Shown: positions 32,075 through 44,269 of the stretch, piece after piece
Layout: every line of letters begins with the position of its first letter
Numbering within the stretch: position 1 is the stretch's first letter
Source of the DNA: Blastocladiella emersonii ATCC 22665
Taxonomy: Eukaryota; Fungi; Blastocladiomycota
Direction: 5' to 3'
DNA length: 64,000 bases
Assembly (NCBI GenBank): GCA_025594325.1
Contig: JANHCV010000003.1
Coordinates: 1,860,001 to 1,924,000 of the forward strand
Translations under genes and position numbers: made by a program
The notes under the pieces: model-generated
What the model was told of the DNA's origin: nothing
Databases searched by the model: none
What the model saw: only the letters and a program-made list of their open reading frames with translations

Positions 32075-34807
32075 TCACGCAACGTACGTGTACGTGCGGT
32101 TATCCGCCTCGCTGCGGGCGAGGTACTCGCGGTCGATGAGGTCCTCAATGCGGCGCTTGATCATGTTGGTAGACGGCTGGAACCGCGCCGCGACGATACG
32201 GACCGTTTCGGTGATGAGCTCGTTGTGGCCGAGCGTGTTGCGAGCCTTCATGACGCGGACGATGGTCGCGTCAATGAGCCCGCGGCGCTCCTCCTCGACG
32301 CTGGCGAGCGTGGCGGCGCGCTCCGTGTCGGCCTCCCCACGCGTCGGCGCGGCGACGAGCGCGGCGACCTTGAGCTTGGTGCGCTTGTCGGAGAAGTTGG
32401 CGTTGAAGGCGAAGGTGTCGCCCGGGTTGACGGCGCGGGTGGCGGGGGATTTGGTGAGCAGGGCGATCTTGGCGACCGACAGCGACTGGAGCGTGCGCTT
32501 GAGCTCGGGCTCCGGGATGCCCGTTTCCTGGACCAGGTCCTCGTACTTCCACGCGTCGGCGCGGTTGAACAGCAGCAGGACGACCATGGCGTACGTGGTG
32601 ACCGACAGCTCCTTCTTCTGCTTGTAGTAGGCGGCCACGTCGGCGGTGCCGAGCTGCGGGAGCCACGTCAGCGTGCGGCTCGTGTGCTTGGACGCGTAGA
32701 AGGTCTCGAACTCCTTGATGACGCCGGCGAGGACCGCCGGGTACACGCACTTGGCGCCGTCGGCGGTCACGGGCCACATGGCGGAGGTCAGGACCTGGAC
32801 CGTGAGGGCGGGCGGCGGGGCGACGCCCGACTCGGACTTGTTGCGGCGGTACGTGTCGAAGGCGAGCGACATGTCGTGGGACGTGGCCATGTCCTGGATC
32901 ATCTTCTCGAAGCGGGCCGTGAACTGATTGCCGCACAGGGTGCGGAAGCTGGTGATGGTCTGCTGCTCCCAGTCGTCGTTGGCCGACTGCTTGCGCAACA
33001 GGCGGCGCGCGAGGTGCTGGTTGTAGAACTTCTCGAACGTGTCCTTGGACTGCAGGAACCGGAACACGGCGTGCGCGGACCGCAGCCGCGCCTCGATCTC
33101 GGCCTCGGACTGCTTGAGTCCCTTCTTGAGATGGTAGTCAAAGTACTGCGACAGGTACTCGGCGTTACGCGGCTCGCTGTTGACCACCTCGTCGAGCGCT
33201 ACCTGCAGCCCGCGCTCGTAGTCCGGGTTCTTCTCGAAGCACTCGTCGAGCAGCCGCTGCGACAGCGTGGTGAGCGACACGACGAATGTGACCCACTTGA
33301 CCGAGGTCCCGACGATCCCGCTCGGCGCGTTCGGGTCTGCCGCCGCCGCGGCAACAGCAGCACCGGATGGGGTCGCGGGCGCATCGCCGTTGGCTCCCGC
33401 GGCAGAACTGGATGCCGCGCCAGCAGCCGACGACGAAGCGGCGGCCGTCGACACGTTCGACGCGCTACCGGACCGCTGCATGGCGGGACTCGCGTCCTCC
33501 TTCTGCCGCTGCTCGAGGTCGCGCTTGCCGAGCTCGCGGAAGCAGTTAGCGACGGCAGTGAGGAGCTTAGCGCGGCCGGTGTCGACGCGGCCGTAGAGGC
33601 GGTAGGCGCGGACGATGGGCGCGACGGGCGCGCTATCGTCGGGGTTGGCGGCGAGCGCGGCAACGAGGTTCGCGACGCCGGCGAGGACCGTGTCGGCGGG
33701 GTCGGCGAGGATGGCTCGGGCAGTGAGGGCGAGGAGCTGGTCGCGCGAGGACTTGTGGACGTAGTTGTCGACGCGCTCGTGCTCGGCGCGCAGCCACGCG
33801 TCGCCCGTGGCGAGGTACTGCGGGATGTCCGACTCGGCGAGCAGGCGCTTGGACTGGGCCGCGTAGTGCTCGTCGGTGGCGGCGAGGAAGGCGCGCTCAA
33901 AGTCGACGGCGTACACGGACCCGGGGACAATGTCCTCGCCGAAGATAAGGGTCGGGTGGTGCATGCCTACGAGTGCGGGGTGCGGGAGTGAGCTTAGGTG
34001 CACGGGAGATCAAGCACGCACGAAACGTGCCCTGCGGGTCCGAGGTGCTGTCGCCAACGTCGACGAGCATCTGGATCACCTTGCGCATCAGCGAAATGTC
34101 GATGCGGTTGCCCTCGCGCTCGCAGCGGATCTGGTCGAGCAGGCACTGGCGCAGTGCGGAGCGGACGGGGAGGAGCGTCGAGCGCAGGATCTGGTCGCGG
34201 AAGAGCAGCAGGCCGAGCTCCCACGAGGTCGGAGTGTTGCGCTGGCTGCAATAGTTCTTGTCCTGTACGGGAAACGGGTGTGAGCGGGCGGCCACTAACG
34301 GAGCACGCGAGAAGTGCAGCGTACAAAGTACATGAAGACGTCGGACGTGAGCTTGAGGGCGACCGTGTAGTTGCTCCAGATGGCGGCGACGCGGTCGAGG
34401 AACAGCTGGGCGTGGTCGCCGGCGAGGTCGCCGACCATGGCGGGGGTCAGGTCGGCATTGACGCGGGCCTGCAGCAGCTCGCGCAGCACGCGCTTGATGT
34501 TCTGGTACAGCAGGTCGCCGCGGCGGTGCAGCGTCAGCTGGTACGTGTTGCGGTAGATCTCCTCGAACGACAGCAGCGACGCGTTCTGCGCGTGGATCAC
34601 CTCGATGGCGCCGAGCACTATGTCGAGCGACTTTTGGTAGTCGGCGTCCGACTCCTGCAGAGGGCGATGGCGGGTTGCGGGTGAGCAGTGGGTCCATCAC
34701 GGCGTCATCATCATCAAGGCGTGCAGTGCGTGGGGGAGACTGACCTTGCGAGGGGCGCGGATCTTGATGCGCTTGCCGGCAGCTGCCGCAGATGCCGACG
34801 AGGACAT
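32075..34807 (-). CDS. CUL3: Cullin-3; 4 exons
   Basis: N-terminal KRIKIRAP and LSFEEIYRNTYQLTLH, cullin homology region (KDTFEKFYNQHLARRLL), neddylation motif IDATIVRVMKAR, and C-terminal LIDREYLAR...YTYVA. Confidence 0.95.
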
Positions 34808-35255
34808 GGTGGTTGCTGGAAGATGGACAGCGGTCCGGTGATGAACGATGGACGACGACGAGGTGGTGGTGGTGCAACGGCTAGGCTCGCCGGGGTTTAT
34901 TCATACGCTGTCGTGGCGGGGTGTGGTGCGTGCGATACGTTGCAGGCAGGCGGGGCTGCCGTGACGTAGCAACTTGACGGAGAGCGAGGGGCGACGTGGA
35001 CGCGCATCGGACCGCGAAAGGGCTGCGGGTGGGCGCAACGGGGTCAGCTGACGCGGCGTGACGCGATCAACGCACGTCCAGCCCGCGCCACCGGCCCGCC
35101 CCGTGCGTTCCTCGCTGCCGCATCGCCGGGTCTGGGTTCGGCAGGACGACGACGACGTAACGAAGCAAAGGACCACGAATCGACGGAGGCGACGACACTC
35201 GATCCCCCTCCCCCACCTACCTCGCCCCGCTACGCATCGACCAAACTCTGTAAAC

Positions 35256-36749
35256 ATGGCCAAGAAGCGCACGCAGTCGGAGCGCGAAGAGTCGGGCAAG
35301 GTCCGCGCCGTGGCCAACGCCGAGGACCGCGCGACCAAGCCCGCGCCGGCGCCGTCTGCGGCCAACGACGGCATGGACGTGGACGCCGAGATGGGCGACT
35401 TCGAGGACCCGTTCGAGGACGAGTTCGAGTCGGACGAGGACGTGGTCGACGGCGACGACGACAACATGGAGATGGACGAGGCCGACGACGAGGACGACGC
35501 CGTCGAGGAGGTGCAGGTGTACCTGCCCGGCCAGGCGCTCGAGGAGGGCATGGAGCTCAAGGTCGACAACTCGGCCTACGAGATGCTGCACTCGCTCAAC
35601 GTGCGGTGGCCGTGCCTGTCGTTCGACGTGCTCAAGGACCAGCTCGGCGTCGACCGCACCAAGTTCCCGCACACGGCCTACCTCGTCGCCGGCTCGCAGG
35701 CCGACGCCTCCTTCAAGAACGAGATCTACGTCATGAAGATGAGCCAGCTCGCCAAGACAAAGTACGACGACATCGAGGACCCCGAGGACGTGTCCGACGA
35801 CGAGGCCGACGACGACATGGACCCGATCCTCGAGCACAAGATCCTCAAGCACCCGGGCGGCGTCAACCGCATCCGCGCCATGCCCACCACCACCCCGGGC
35901 GCGCCCAACATCATCGCCGTGTGGTCCGACCAGCGCGTCGTGAACCTCTACGACATCTCGACCCACGTCCGCTCGCTCGACACCCCGGGCCTCGTCGCCC
36001 CGACCAAGGTCGACCCGCTGTTCAAGGTGCAGCACCGCGCCGAGGGCTTCGCCATGGACTGGTCCAAGGTCGCCGAGGGCAGCCTCGTGACCGGCGACTG
36101 CGAGCGCCAGATCAAGCTGACCGTCGCCACCCCGACCGGCTTCACCACCAAGTGGACCAACGCCACGGCGCACGCGTCGTCGGTCGAGGACCTGCAGTGG
36201 GCGCCCGGACACGCCTCGGCGTTTGCGTCGTGCTCGTCCGACGGCTTCGTCAAGGTGTTCGACGCGTCCGCCGGCAAGGAGGCCATGGCCATCAAGGCGT
36301 CCAACTCGGACGTGAACGTCATCTCGTGGAACCCCTTCAACGGCGGCAACCTGCTCGCGTCGGGCCACGACGACGGGTCGTTTGCCGTGTGGGACCTGCG
36401 CATGCCGCGCGAGCCCGTCAAACCCGGCCAGACGCACCTGCCCGCGGCGCAGTTTGCGTGGCACAAGGCGCCCATCACGTCCATCGAGTGGCACTCGCAC
36501 GAGTCTTCGATGCTGGCTGTCGCAGGTGACGACAACCAGGTGACGCTGTGGGATTTCTCGACCGAGCTCGACGACGCGCCCGGCGCTACGCAGAGCGTCT
36601 TCAACGGCGTGGCGATCCCGTCGCAGCTGCTGTTCATCCACCAGGGCCAGGAGTACGTCAAGGAGGTGCACTGGCACCCGCAGATCCCCGGCTGCCTCGT
36701 CACCACGGCTGCGTCCGGATTCAACATCTTCAAGACCATCAACTCGTAG
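35256..36749 (+). CDS. RRB1: WD40 ribosome assembly protein Rrb1/GRWD1 (497 aa, intronless)
   Basis: Acidic N-terminus, then YEMLHSLNVRWPCLSFD, EGFAMDWS, SVEDLQWAP, DVNVISWN, APITSIEW and QLLFIHQGQ...KEVHWHPQIPG. Confidence 0.95.
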   Translation: MAKKRTQSEREESGKVRAVANAEDRATKPAPAPSAANDGMDVDAEMGDFEDPFEDEFESDEDVVDGDDDNMEMDEADDEDDAVEEVQVYLPGQALEEGMELKVDNSAYEMLHSLNVRWPCLSFDVLKDQLGVDRTKFPHTAYLVAGSQADASFKNEIYVMKMSQLAKTKYDDIEDPEDVSDDEADDDMDPILEHKILKHPGGVNRIRAMPTTTPGAPNIIAVWSDQRVVNLYDISTHVRSLDTPGLVAPTKVDPLFKVQHRAEGFAMDWSKVAEGSLVTGDCERQIKLTVATPTGFTTKWTNATAHASSVEDLQWAPGHASAFASCSSDGFVKVFDASAGKEAMAIKASNSDVNVISWNPFNGGNLLASGHDDGSFAVWDLRMPREPVKPGQTHLPAAQFAWHKAPITSIEWHSHESSMLAVAGDDNQVTLWDFSTELDDAPGATQSVFNGVAIPSQLLFIHQGQEYVKEVHWHPQIPGCLVTTAASGFNIFKTINS

Positions 36750-36867
36750 GTTTTTGGGATCCCTTGTAGTTTACCTTGCCTTGTTGTGTGGGGGTTGTCG
36801 CAGTGCGCGCGCTCTCGTCCATGCCATGATACATTCCATAGTCCGCTTTTATATTACAGCTGCTCGC

Positions 36868-38148
36868 CTACCACCGCCCGCGGCTCCAGTCATAGTTGGT
36901 CCACGGCCGCATCCGCTCGACCTCGCGGCTCTCGTCGTCGTCGCTGTCCGACTCGCCGCCGTCCCACGGGTTCTGCAGCCGCGCGCCTGGCACGGCCTTC
37001 CGCCAGTCGTTCTCCTCTTCCTCCTCCTCGTCACCAACCTCCTCGTCGTCATCGTCGCGGATCAGGAGCACCTCCTCGTCCTCGTCGGGATAGTCGTTGG
37101 CGAAATGGTCCTCGGCGTTCGAGTCCACGTCGTCGTCGGCCGTCTCGTCGTCCGAGTCGGCCGAGTTGGCGCCCTGGCGGTCGTCCATGAGCAGCTCCTC
37201 AATGTCCCACCCGTGCACCGCCGCGTCGAACTGCACGCGCGCCATGGCCGTGAACGGCGAGCCCGCGCCCGCGCCCGCGGAGCTGCTGCTGGCGATGGGC
37301 AGGCCGACGGGGACGGAGCCCGGGAGGAGCGGAGCGGCGGCGTACGACGACGCGGGGGTCGCGGTGGCGGTCGAAGACGCGACGTAGTACACGTCGTAGA
37401 CGTACTCGTCCACATCCATGCCGCCCACGTCTTCGACCGCCTCGACGTCCTCCTCGTCCGAGTCGAGCTCCATGACCGGCCCATCGTCGCCGCCGTTGCC
37501 CATGGCCGACAGATCCGCGCCGAGCCCGGCCGCCGTAGCCGGGTCCGCGACCTTGAGGTACTCCTGGAGCATGGCGACGAACCCGTCCATGTCCGGGATC
37601 TCCGGCGCCACCGCTTCCGCGACCACCTCCATCTCCGGCTCGCGCACCACGCGCTTTCCACGCCGCGCGGCAGGCTGGACGACCGGCACCACGTCCTCGC
37701 GCGCCGTCGTCACGTTGACGACGACGGTGCTGGCGTCCTGGCGGAACGACTCGGCGTGCGTGACGCGGTACCGGGCCGCAGGCGCGGCGGGCGCCGCGGG
37801 TGCCGCAGGCGCGGCTGCGGGCTCCGTAGCAACGGGCGTTCCCGCAGCCCCCTCGGTGCGCGCGCGGCGGAACACGCGCGGGCCCGCGCCGCGCCGCCGC
37901 TTCGACGAGCTCGGCGTCGCGGATTCGAGGACGAGCGCGTCGAGCGGTTCCTCAGTGCGCTTGCGCTTGATGCGGAGGATCGCCGTGGGAGGCTGCTGCA
38001 GCGCGGCGGGTGCGGGTGCGACGACGGGAGCGGGGAAGGTGGCGGCCGTTGGCCCGTCGGGGGCGGCGGGACGGAGCCGCTGGCCCGGCGGGGTCGGCAC
38101 GGCGATGGGGATCCCGCGCGGGCGCGCAGACGGTGCAGCGAGTTGCAT
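36868..38148 (-). CDS. IWR1: RNA polymerase II nuclear import factor Iwr1-like (426 aa)
   Basis: Motifs ILRIKRKRTEEPLDALVLE, YVYDVY and DDDVDSNAEDHFANDYPDED. Confidence 0.85.
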   Translation of the reverse strand: MQLAAPSARPRGIPIAVPTPPGQRLRPAAPDGPTAATFPAPVVAPAPAALQQPPTAILRIKRKRTEEPLDALVLESATPSSSKRRRGAGPRVFRRARTEGAAGTPVATEPAAAPAAPAAPAAPAARYRVTHAESFRQDASTVVVNVTTAREDVVPVVQPAARRGKRVVREPEMEVVAEAVAPEIPDMDGFVAMLQEYLKVADPATAAGLGADLSAMGNGGDDGPVMELDSDEEDVEAVEDVGGMDVDEYVYDVYYVASSTATATPASSYAAAPLLPGSVPVGLPIASSSSAGAGAGSPFTAMARVQFDAAVHGWDIEELLMDDRQGANSADSDDETADDDVDSNAEDHFANDYPDEDEEVLLIRDDDDEEVGDEEEEEENDWRKAVPGARLQNPWDGGESDSDDDESREVERMRPWTNYDWSRGRW

Positions 38149-38377
38149 GGTGGTGATGACGTTGCGTAACGGTGGTCGTTAGGCGGTGGATCTTGCTGCG
38201 AAGGCAAGGCGACGATGCGCACGGCGACGACGTTGTCGCGAGTGCGTCGATCGTCCCGTGACCCGTTCACAGGGGCCCGCGTCAGCCACACCACCCACGC
38301 GTCGCTCACTTCTCCCTCGCGGTTATGCATGCAATGAGTGGGTCTGTATCGACGTGGCAATGGAAAAAAAAAAACTC

Positions 38378-39602
38378 TCAGTTACGCCGGCGGCTCCGCC
38401 CGCCTGCGTGCCTGACCCCACCCGCGCGCCGCGCCGGCGGTCCCTGCGGCAGCACGCGCGGGGCAGCCACATCGTCCTCGGGACCTCCGTCGTCGCTGAA
38501 ATCCGCGTCATCGAGCCCGAACGCGCGCCACAGATCGAGTGCCGTGCGTTCGGCGAGCCGGCGGCGCTGCGGGTCGATAGCGTTGCCCGGCGCGACGGGC
38601 GCCGTGTCGCGGAGCCCCGCGACCGTCGCGAACAGCGTGTCGAGCTCGTCGTCGCCGCTGAACGGGTCGCCTGAGGCGCCGAAACCGGTGAACAGGTCGC
38701 CGGCGGGTGCGGCGACGTACTGGCCAAAGTCGGCATTTGAGTCGGAGCCCGAGTCGGAGCTGTCGAGGCGCTGGTGGGCGGGGCTGGTTGCCTCCTCCCC
38801 CTCGTCGGCCGAGGAGTCGGCGTTGATGTCCGGTCGAGGTCCAGCAGCTGCTGACATCAGAATGTCGAGATTGTCGTCGCCCTCGCCGTCGCTCCCGCCT
38901 GCTGCTGCCGCCTCGGCTCGTGAGCGAGGGTGGATTTTCATGGACCGCCACTGCGTCGCCTCGAGCGCCTCGAAGAGCCGCGCGGCGCCGACACGATCCC
39001 ATTCGTCTACCAGTGATACCGTTAGTCCGTGCCGATCGCGCAACGGACTCATTCGAGCAGTACGCGCGCCCTCAGTCGCCTGCCAGAACACCGTCTCCCA
39101 CCCCTTCTCCATGAGCGCGTCCTGGCACTCGTCGTCGCGCGGCGCGCGGCCGTCCGACCCGAGGATGACGGCGATGCGACAGTCAATGTCGCCATCCGAC
39201 TCGAGGTCGCTCCACTGTGCGAGTGCCTACCACGCGGATCGGTGAGCATGGGAGGAGCACGATGCAGTCGAAGCGATCAGACCGGACCTTGAGCAGCTGC
39301 TTGACCGTCAAACTCTCCTCCATGACGAGACACACGGCCTCGCACGCGTCGGGGAGGTCGGACGGGTTCACGACGCGCACGACATGCACAGGCGCCGTGT
39401 AGTACCGCGTCTCGAGCTGGAGGTGCAGGGCGAGGTCGCCGTTGCGCTCCGACTGGCCCCACTTCTCGGCGAGCCGCTCCTCGACCTTGGCGAACACGTC
39501 GTGGTGGCGGGCGGGCTGCGCGCCGAGCGCGACCAGGGCGAGGCACCCGGGCGCACGCCCGTTCGAGGTGGCGGGCGTATCGTCGTCCATGGCTCGATTC
39601 AT
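38378..39602 (-). CDS. IRC6: Adaptin-binding protein Irc6/AAGAB (p34); multi-exon
   Basis: Motifs LETRYYTAPV, LFEALEATQWRSM and the C-terminal ELDTLFATVAGLRD...QRRRLAERTA. Confidence 0.75.
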
Positions 39603-39890
39603 GATTGTCGTTGCAGGTAGTCGGTGGCTTTGTCGATGGTTGGGGAAAGGAGGGCAAGAGAGCAGCGGGAGTGGGAACCGCGCTGGCTCGCCCGAGGCGG
39701 ACGCAGCGCTCACGCTAACGTGACCGGCTGTCTCGCGTGTCTCGCACCCCGCAACGCGTCGCGCACGCTTCTGGAAGGAGACGAACCGAAAGATCCTGCC
39801 GTTAAGATCCAAGTGTCGTCTACCTCGTAGACGGGGCCAACGTCGACTGCAGCAGCCGCACTTCGCGCTCTCCACTCGATGCAACACACC

Positions 39891-41021
39891 ATGGAGTACC
39901 CCATCAACGTCAGCCTGTGGAGCAGCTGGGGCCGCCAAGGCACCCGCCTCGCGCTCTCGACCCCGGCTTCGGGTACCAACAGCGATCCGCCGTTGACCTC
40001 GGTCGTCGGCGGCGCCTCGTCGTTCCCGCTCACCGCGCCGTCGCCGACCAAGGTGGTCCCCGTCAACGCGTCGGTTCTCGCCGGGACCGCGCCCGCCGCG
40101 TCCAACATCTACACGCCGACCGAGGCCATGATGGCCCTCCGCGCGGGCACGCACCACCTGATCTTCGAGCACGAGATGACGGGCGGCAAGAACAAGTCGG
40201 CGACGGGCGCACTGTGGTGCCACTGCGTCCCGGCGCTGACCCAGCCGGGCGACGTGCCCGACACGTCCATGGCGCTGTTCCGCGTCGACCGCGACATGAG
40301 CGCCGGGTACAACGTGGTGGTGCCCGCGGCGAGCCGGTGCGCGGTGCTCGGGATCACGGCCGCGTCGATCGCACGCGCAGCCGAGATCAAGAAGGCCAAG
40401 AAGGCTAAACAGGAGCCGCCGCCGGTCATCGAGGTGCCCACCGTCCCGCCGGGCGTCGCCATGCTCAAGCTTAAGTGCGAGAAGCCCGCCGCCTTCTACA
40501 AGCGCCAGGCACTCATTCTGCACGTCCGCGGCCACCGCATCGCGCTCGTCGAGCCCGCCGCCGAGCCGTACTGCAACAAGCGGCTGTACTGGGAGGTGCG
40601 GCTCCTGTACCCCAACTACCCGACCGACGCCGAGGTGGCCGCTTCGGGGATGGCGCCCGTCGAGGGCACGCATTACACGCTGCTCGCAAAACACCGCGAC
40701 GACTCGGCGTGCTGCTGCTGCTTCGGGTGCTGCTTTGGCGCAAGCGGCAAGGAGGGCCGGATCAAGGCCAAGCTCGACATCGTTGCCTCGCTCGCGTCGA
40801 CGCCCGCGCCGAACAGCGGGGTCGGCGGGGATGACCCGTCGACGCTCGCGCCAGAGATCGAGCTCGCGGTCCTCGCCCTGACCGCGACGATGAACATCGG
40901 GATCGTCAAGCGCAAGCTCCTCATGATCACGGCGCCGATCGGCGTGCTCGGGATCGTGGCCGTGGTCATCAACGTGATCAACATCTTCCTCAACGGCTCG
41001 TCCACGCGGAAGAGATACTAG
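39891..41021 (+). CDS. Uncharacterised protein with C-terminal TM helix, paralog A (376 aa)
   Basis: Intronless ORF with a Cys cluster (ACCCCFGCCFG) and a hydrophobic C-terminus. It aligns throughout with paralog B. Confidence 0.8.
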   Translation: MEYPINVSLWSSWGRQGTRLALSTPASGTNSDPPLTSVVGGASSFPLTAPSPTKVVPVNASVLAGTAPAASNIYTPTEAMMALRAGTHHLIFEHEMTGGKNKSATGALWCHCVPALTQPGDVPDTSMALFRVDRDMSAGYNVVVPAASRCAVLGITAASIARAAEIKKAKKAKQEPPPVIEVPTVPPGVAMLKLKCEKPAAFYKRQALILHVRGHRIALVEPAAEPYCNKRLYWEVRLLYPNYPTDAEVAASGMAPVEGTHYTLLAKHRDDSACCCCFGCCFGASGKEGRIKAKLDIVASLASTPAPNSGVGGDDPSTLAPEIELAVLALTATMNIGIVKRKLLMITAPIGVLGIVAVVINVINIFLNGSSTRKRY

Positions 41022-41312
41022 GCGTGTGTATGATACATGACTTCTTGGCTCATCGAACGCCGAGAGCGTGAGAGCGAAGACGAGACGGCCACGGGAGACG
41101 TAGAGCGCGCGGGACAGCTGATCGCGCGCCGTCGAGTCCCCATGTGTGCGGGCCCTCGCCTCCCGGCCCTCGTGGATGTGGCGCAGCGCGTCCGATCGCG
41201 GTCGGGTCGCAGCGCAGACCGCGACGGTTGACGCGCACTTTCATCGTCTCATCTGGAACTGCAGCTACAGCTGCGGCGCTGGCCGAGATGGGCGACTGAC
41301 TCCAGCTTGTCC

Positions 41313-41423
41313 ATGAAGTTCATGCCGACCGAGGCCATGATCGCGTTCCGCGCGGGCACGCACCACCTGATCCTCGAGCGCGACACCATCGACATCGGCC
41401 CCATCCAGGTCTCGACCGGCGCT
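41313..41423 (+). pseudogene. Short relic of a third paralog of the A/B family
   Basis: MPTEAMIAFRAGTHHLILE matches A (TPTEAMMALRAGTHHLIFE) and B (AEAMAAFRAGTHHLILD). The homology is lost after about 37 codons. Confidence 0.75.
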
Positions 41424-41774
41424 TGTGTTCTTTGCCGCGATCTGGGCGTTCGCTATCATCGTCCTCGTGGCCAAGCTTGTGGCTGCGCTGCTCGAGCAGT
41501 CCGCTGGCTCGCCGCGCAAGTGACCGGGCAAGAATCTGCGAGCCGATGTTTGATTTCGATGTTGAATAAACGCTTCAAGCCCTTAATTGCGCCTAAAAGG
41601 AGCCCGCCATCGTCGTCGCGACCGGAGAATCCCTTGCGAGTGACTGTCTGTCTCCCAGCACACGTGGCGCAGTGCGTCCGATTTGCTCCCGCCCTGGTTG
41701 GGACGCGTGCAACGTCGGCGATCTTGGATCCGGGGACACACGCCCCAGTCTCTCGGAACCCCAAAGAGCATGTC

Positions 41775-42832
41775 ATGGAGTATCCGATCAACACTATTGT
41801 ATGGTTGTGCGGCGAGCGAGGCGGCATGCGGCTTGCCCTCGATGGTTCGCCGTCGTCCGATTCCAGCGCATCGGTGCTGGCGAGCAGCAGGATCACGCCC
41901 ATCAACCCGTCGCTACATGGCTCCTCGCAGGTTATGTACTGCTGGCCGAGGCCATGGCCGCGTTCCGCGCCGGCACGCACCACCTCATCCTCGACGAGGA
42001 CAACAAACGCGAGGAGAGCTCGGGCGCGACCCTGGTCTTCTGCATGCCGGCGCTCATGAAGCCGAGCGAGTTGCCCGACTACTCGCTCGCGCTCTCCCGC
42101 CTGACCGGGACGCAGACCGGGAGCAAGGCCACGGTTCCGGCCACGAACCGGTGCAGCTTGCTTGGGATCATGGCCGCCGCGCACGCGCGCACCGAGGAGA
42201 TCGCACATGCCAAGAAGGCGCGGCAGGTCCCGCCGCCGCCGATCCAGATGCCCGCGGTCCCGCCCGGCATCGCACATCTCAAAATGTCGTATATCAAACT
42301 CAAGTCGGTCGTCACGCGGCAGGCGTTCACGTTGACGGCCCGCGGGCACCGCCTTCTCCTGCTCGAGCCGGCCGAGACTGTCGGGTTCTGGAACACGCAC
42401 TTGCTGTGGGAGATCCGGCTCGTCTACCCCAACTACCCGACCGACGCGGAGCGAGCGGCGGGGAACGCGCCGGTCGAGGGCACACAGTACACGCTGGTCG
42501 GCAAGTACCGCGACAGCTCGGACTCGTGTTGCGGGTTCGGGAACGTGCTCGGGCTCGGCGGGAAGCAGGGCCGCCTCACAATCAAGCTCTACGCGCTGGC
42601 GTCGCTTGCCACGACGCCGGCGCCCGGCGGGAACGCGAGCGGCGACGACATGTTCGCGGTGGCGCCCGAGATCGAGCTCGCGGTGCTGTCGTATGTTTAC
42701 TGGTACCTCGTAAGCTTCCGCAAGAAGGCGTTCATGGTCCTGCCCTGGCTGCTGGTCGTGGTGATCGTCTTCATCGTACAGCTCACCAAGCCTAGCTCTT
42801 CTTACGACACTCCTCCTGGCACCATCGACTAA
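41775..42832 (+). CDS. Uncharacterised C-terminal-TM protein, paralog B; apparent 1-nt frameshift near 41931-41945
   Basis: The MEYPIN start homologous to A is out of frame with the LAEAMAAFRAGTHH...APEIELAV body. There is no room for an intron. Confidence 0.7.
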
Positions 42833-42996
42833 TGTCCTTTGTGAAGAACGCTTCCTGAATACACGTTCCGAGAGTCAACGACGCGGAACGATGCCTTGAG
42901 TGCCGGGAGCACTCAACCGAGCGTCCGCTCGGACTCCGGGCTTGTGCTCGACAGCGAAAAAACGCGTCTCACGGCAGGCAAAACGCGACGCGTTTC

Positions 42997-43006
42997 GATA
43001 TCACGT
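42997..43006 (+). promoter_or_regulatory. Recurrent intergenic motif GATATCACGT (also at 52352, 55727, 58095)
   Basis: Four exact copies seen, all intergenic. Three are preceded by GAGACG and this one by ACGCGACGCG. Confidence 0.45.
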
Positions 43007-43129
43007 GGTGGCGACGCGTGGCGGATCGCCACGGTGGCGCACAGCGCTGGCGTTTGCGCTCTCCGCGCTCCCTTTTCAGCGTCGCAAGTCCACGCAAGCT
43101 CTCCCGCTCCCTCAACGCAACACGCTGCA

Positions 43130-43903
43130 ATGAATTCACTGTACCAGAACCTGCTGCGGCAAAACGACACGCTGTGCACGCTGCTCGATCGCGCCGAGCA
43201 GGGCTACCTGAACGACGCCGTTGCGAGTATGGCGCTCGTCTACTGGGACGGCATGGACGATCCTGATGAGATGTGCGAGTGTAGATCAGGTGCAGACGGC
43301 GTTCGGTAACCTGGAGCGGTCGCTCGCCGACTACAACGAGTTTTCGAAGCGCGAGATCAACGTGGCCAAGCGAGAAAAGGCGCTCATGTACGCTTTTCGA
43401 CCCGCGTGGTCCGTAGACCGAGTACATGCTGACGTGCACCGCCAGCAAGTCGGTCAAAAAAGTTTAGCGACGACCTGAGCCAGCTGCGCGAGCGGTGGAC
43501 AAGGGTGCAGGCGCGCGGGGTGCAGCAGCAGGCGTACGCGGACCAGCGCAACGACCTGTTCCACCGAAGCGGTGCGCCGAGTGGTGGTGGCGTACAGATC
43601 AACCTCGGCGGGCCCGCGGCCAACGAGTACTACTCGCACGAGTCGGCGCGGCTGCACGCGACCGAGTCGCAGCTCGACGAGTACCTGGCCATGGGCCAGT
43701 CGATGCTCGGCAACCTGACGGACCAGCGCAACATGCTCAAGCGCACGCACCGGCGCATCCTCGACGCGGCCAACACGCTCGGGCTGTCGCGCACGCTCAT
43801 CGGGTACATTGAGCGCAGGGGCGTCCAGGACAAGTGGCTGTTCGCGGCCATGGCGCTCGTCTCGCTCGGCCTCATGTGGGCCATGATCCACTACCTGCGG
43901 TGA
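43130..43903 (+). CDS. BOS1: Golgi/ER Qb-SNARE Bos1/membrin (GOSR2); 3 exons
   Basis: Introns 43227-43284 and about 43388-43449. Motifs KREKAL, RNDLF, MGQSMLGNL.DQR.MLK, AANTLGLSRTLIGYIERR..QDKWLF, then a C-terminal TM. Confidence 0.9.
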
Positions 43904-44269
43904 ATACACGAACGCCGCGATCGGCTTGAGCTCCGCGACAGGCGATCATGGAAGGGGTGAGGAAGTGTGGCTGAGGCGCGGAACAGCGTGCGTCCGTGTG
44001 GTGTTCCTTAGGTGGTCGGCAGGCCAAGGATAGAGGGTCCCGTCCCTCCCTGCCCCCTTGCAGTCGACGCTCCCCGCCCCCCATGAACTGCTGCAACTCT
44101 ACGCACTAGTACCGCCCGCTCCTGGCTAGATTCCCTAGACGGACCGAGGATCATCGCCGCAGCCCACCCTTCGCGCGCCGACTTCTCGACTGCGCCGTTC
44201 TCGATACCCACCTCCTTCCTCCCCACCACCACCAACAGCAACCAACACCTTCCACGAATCCACGACGCC

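Noticed and set aside
31886-33991. 701-aa plus-strand ORF
   Set aside because: It is the antisense shadow of CUL3.
43130-43903. Initially considered GOS1
   Set aside because: The C-terminal ANTLGLS...IERR..QDKW pattern is Bos1/membrin.
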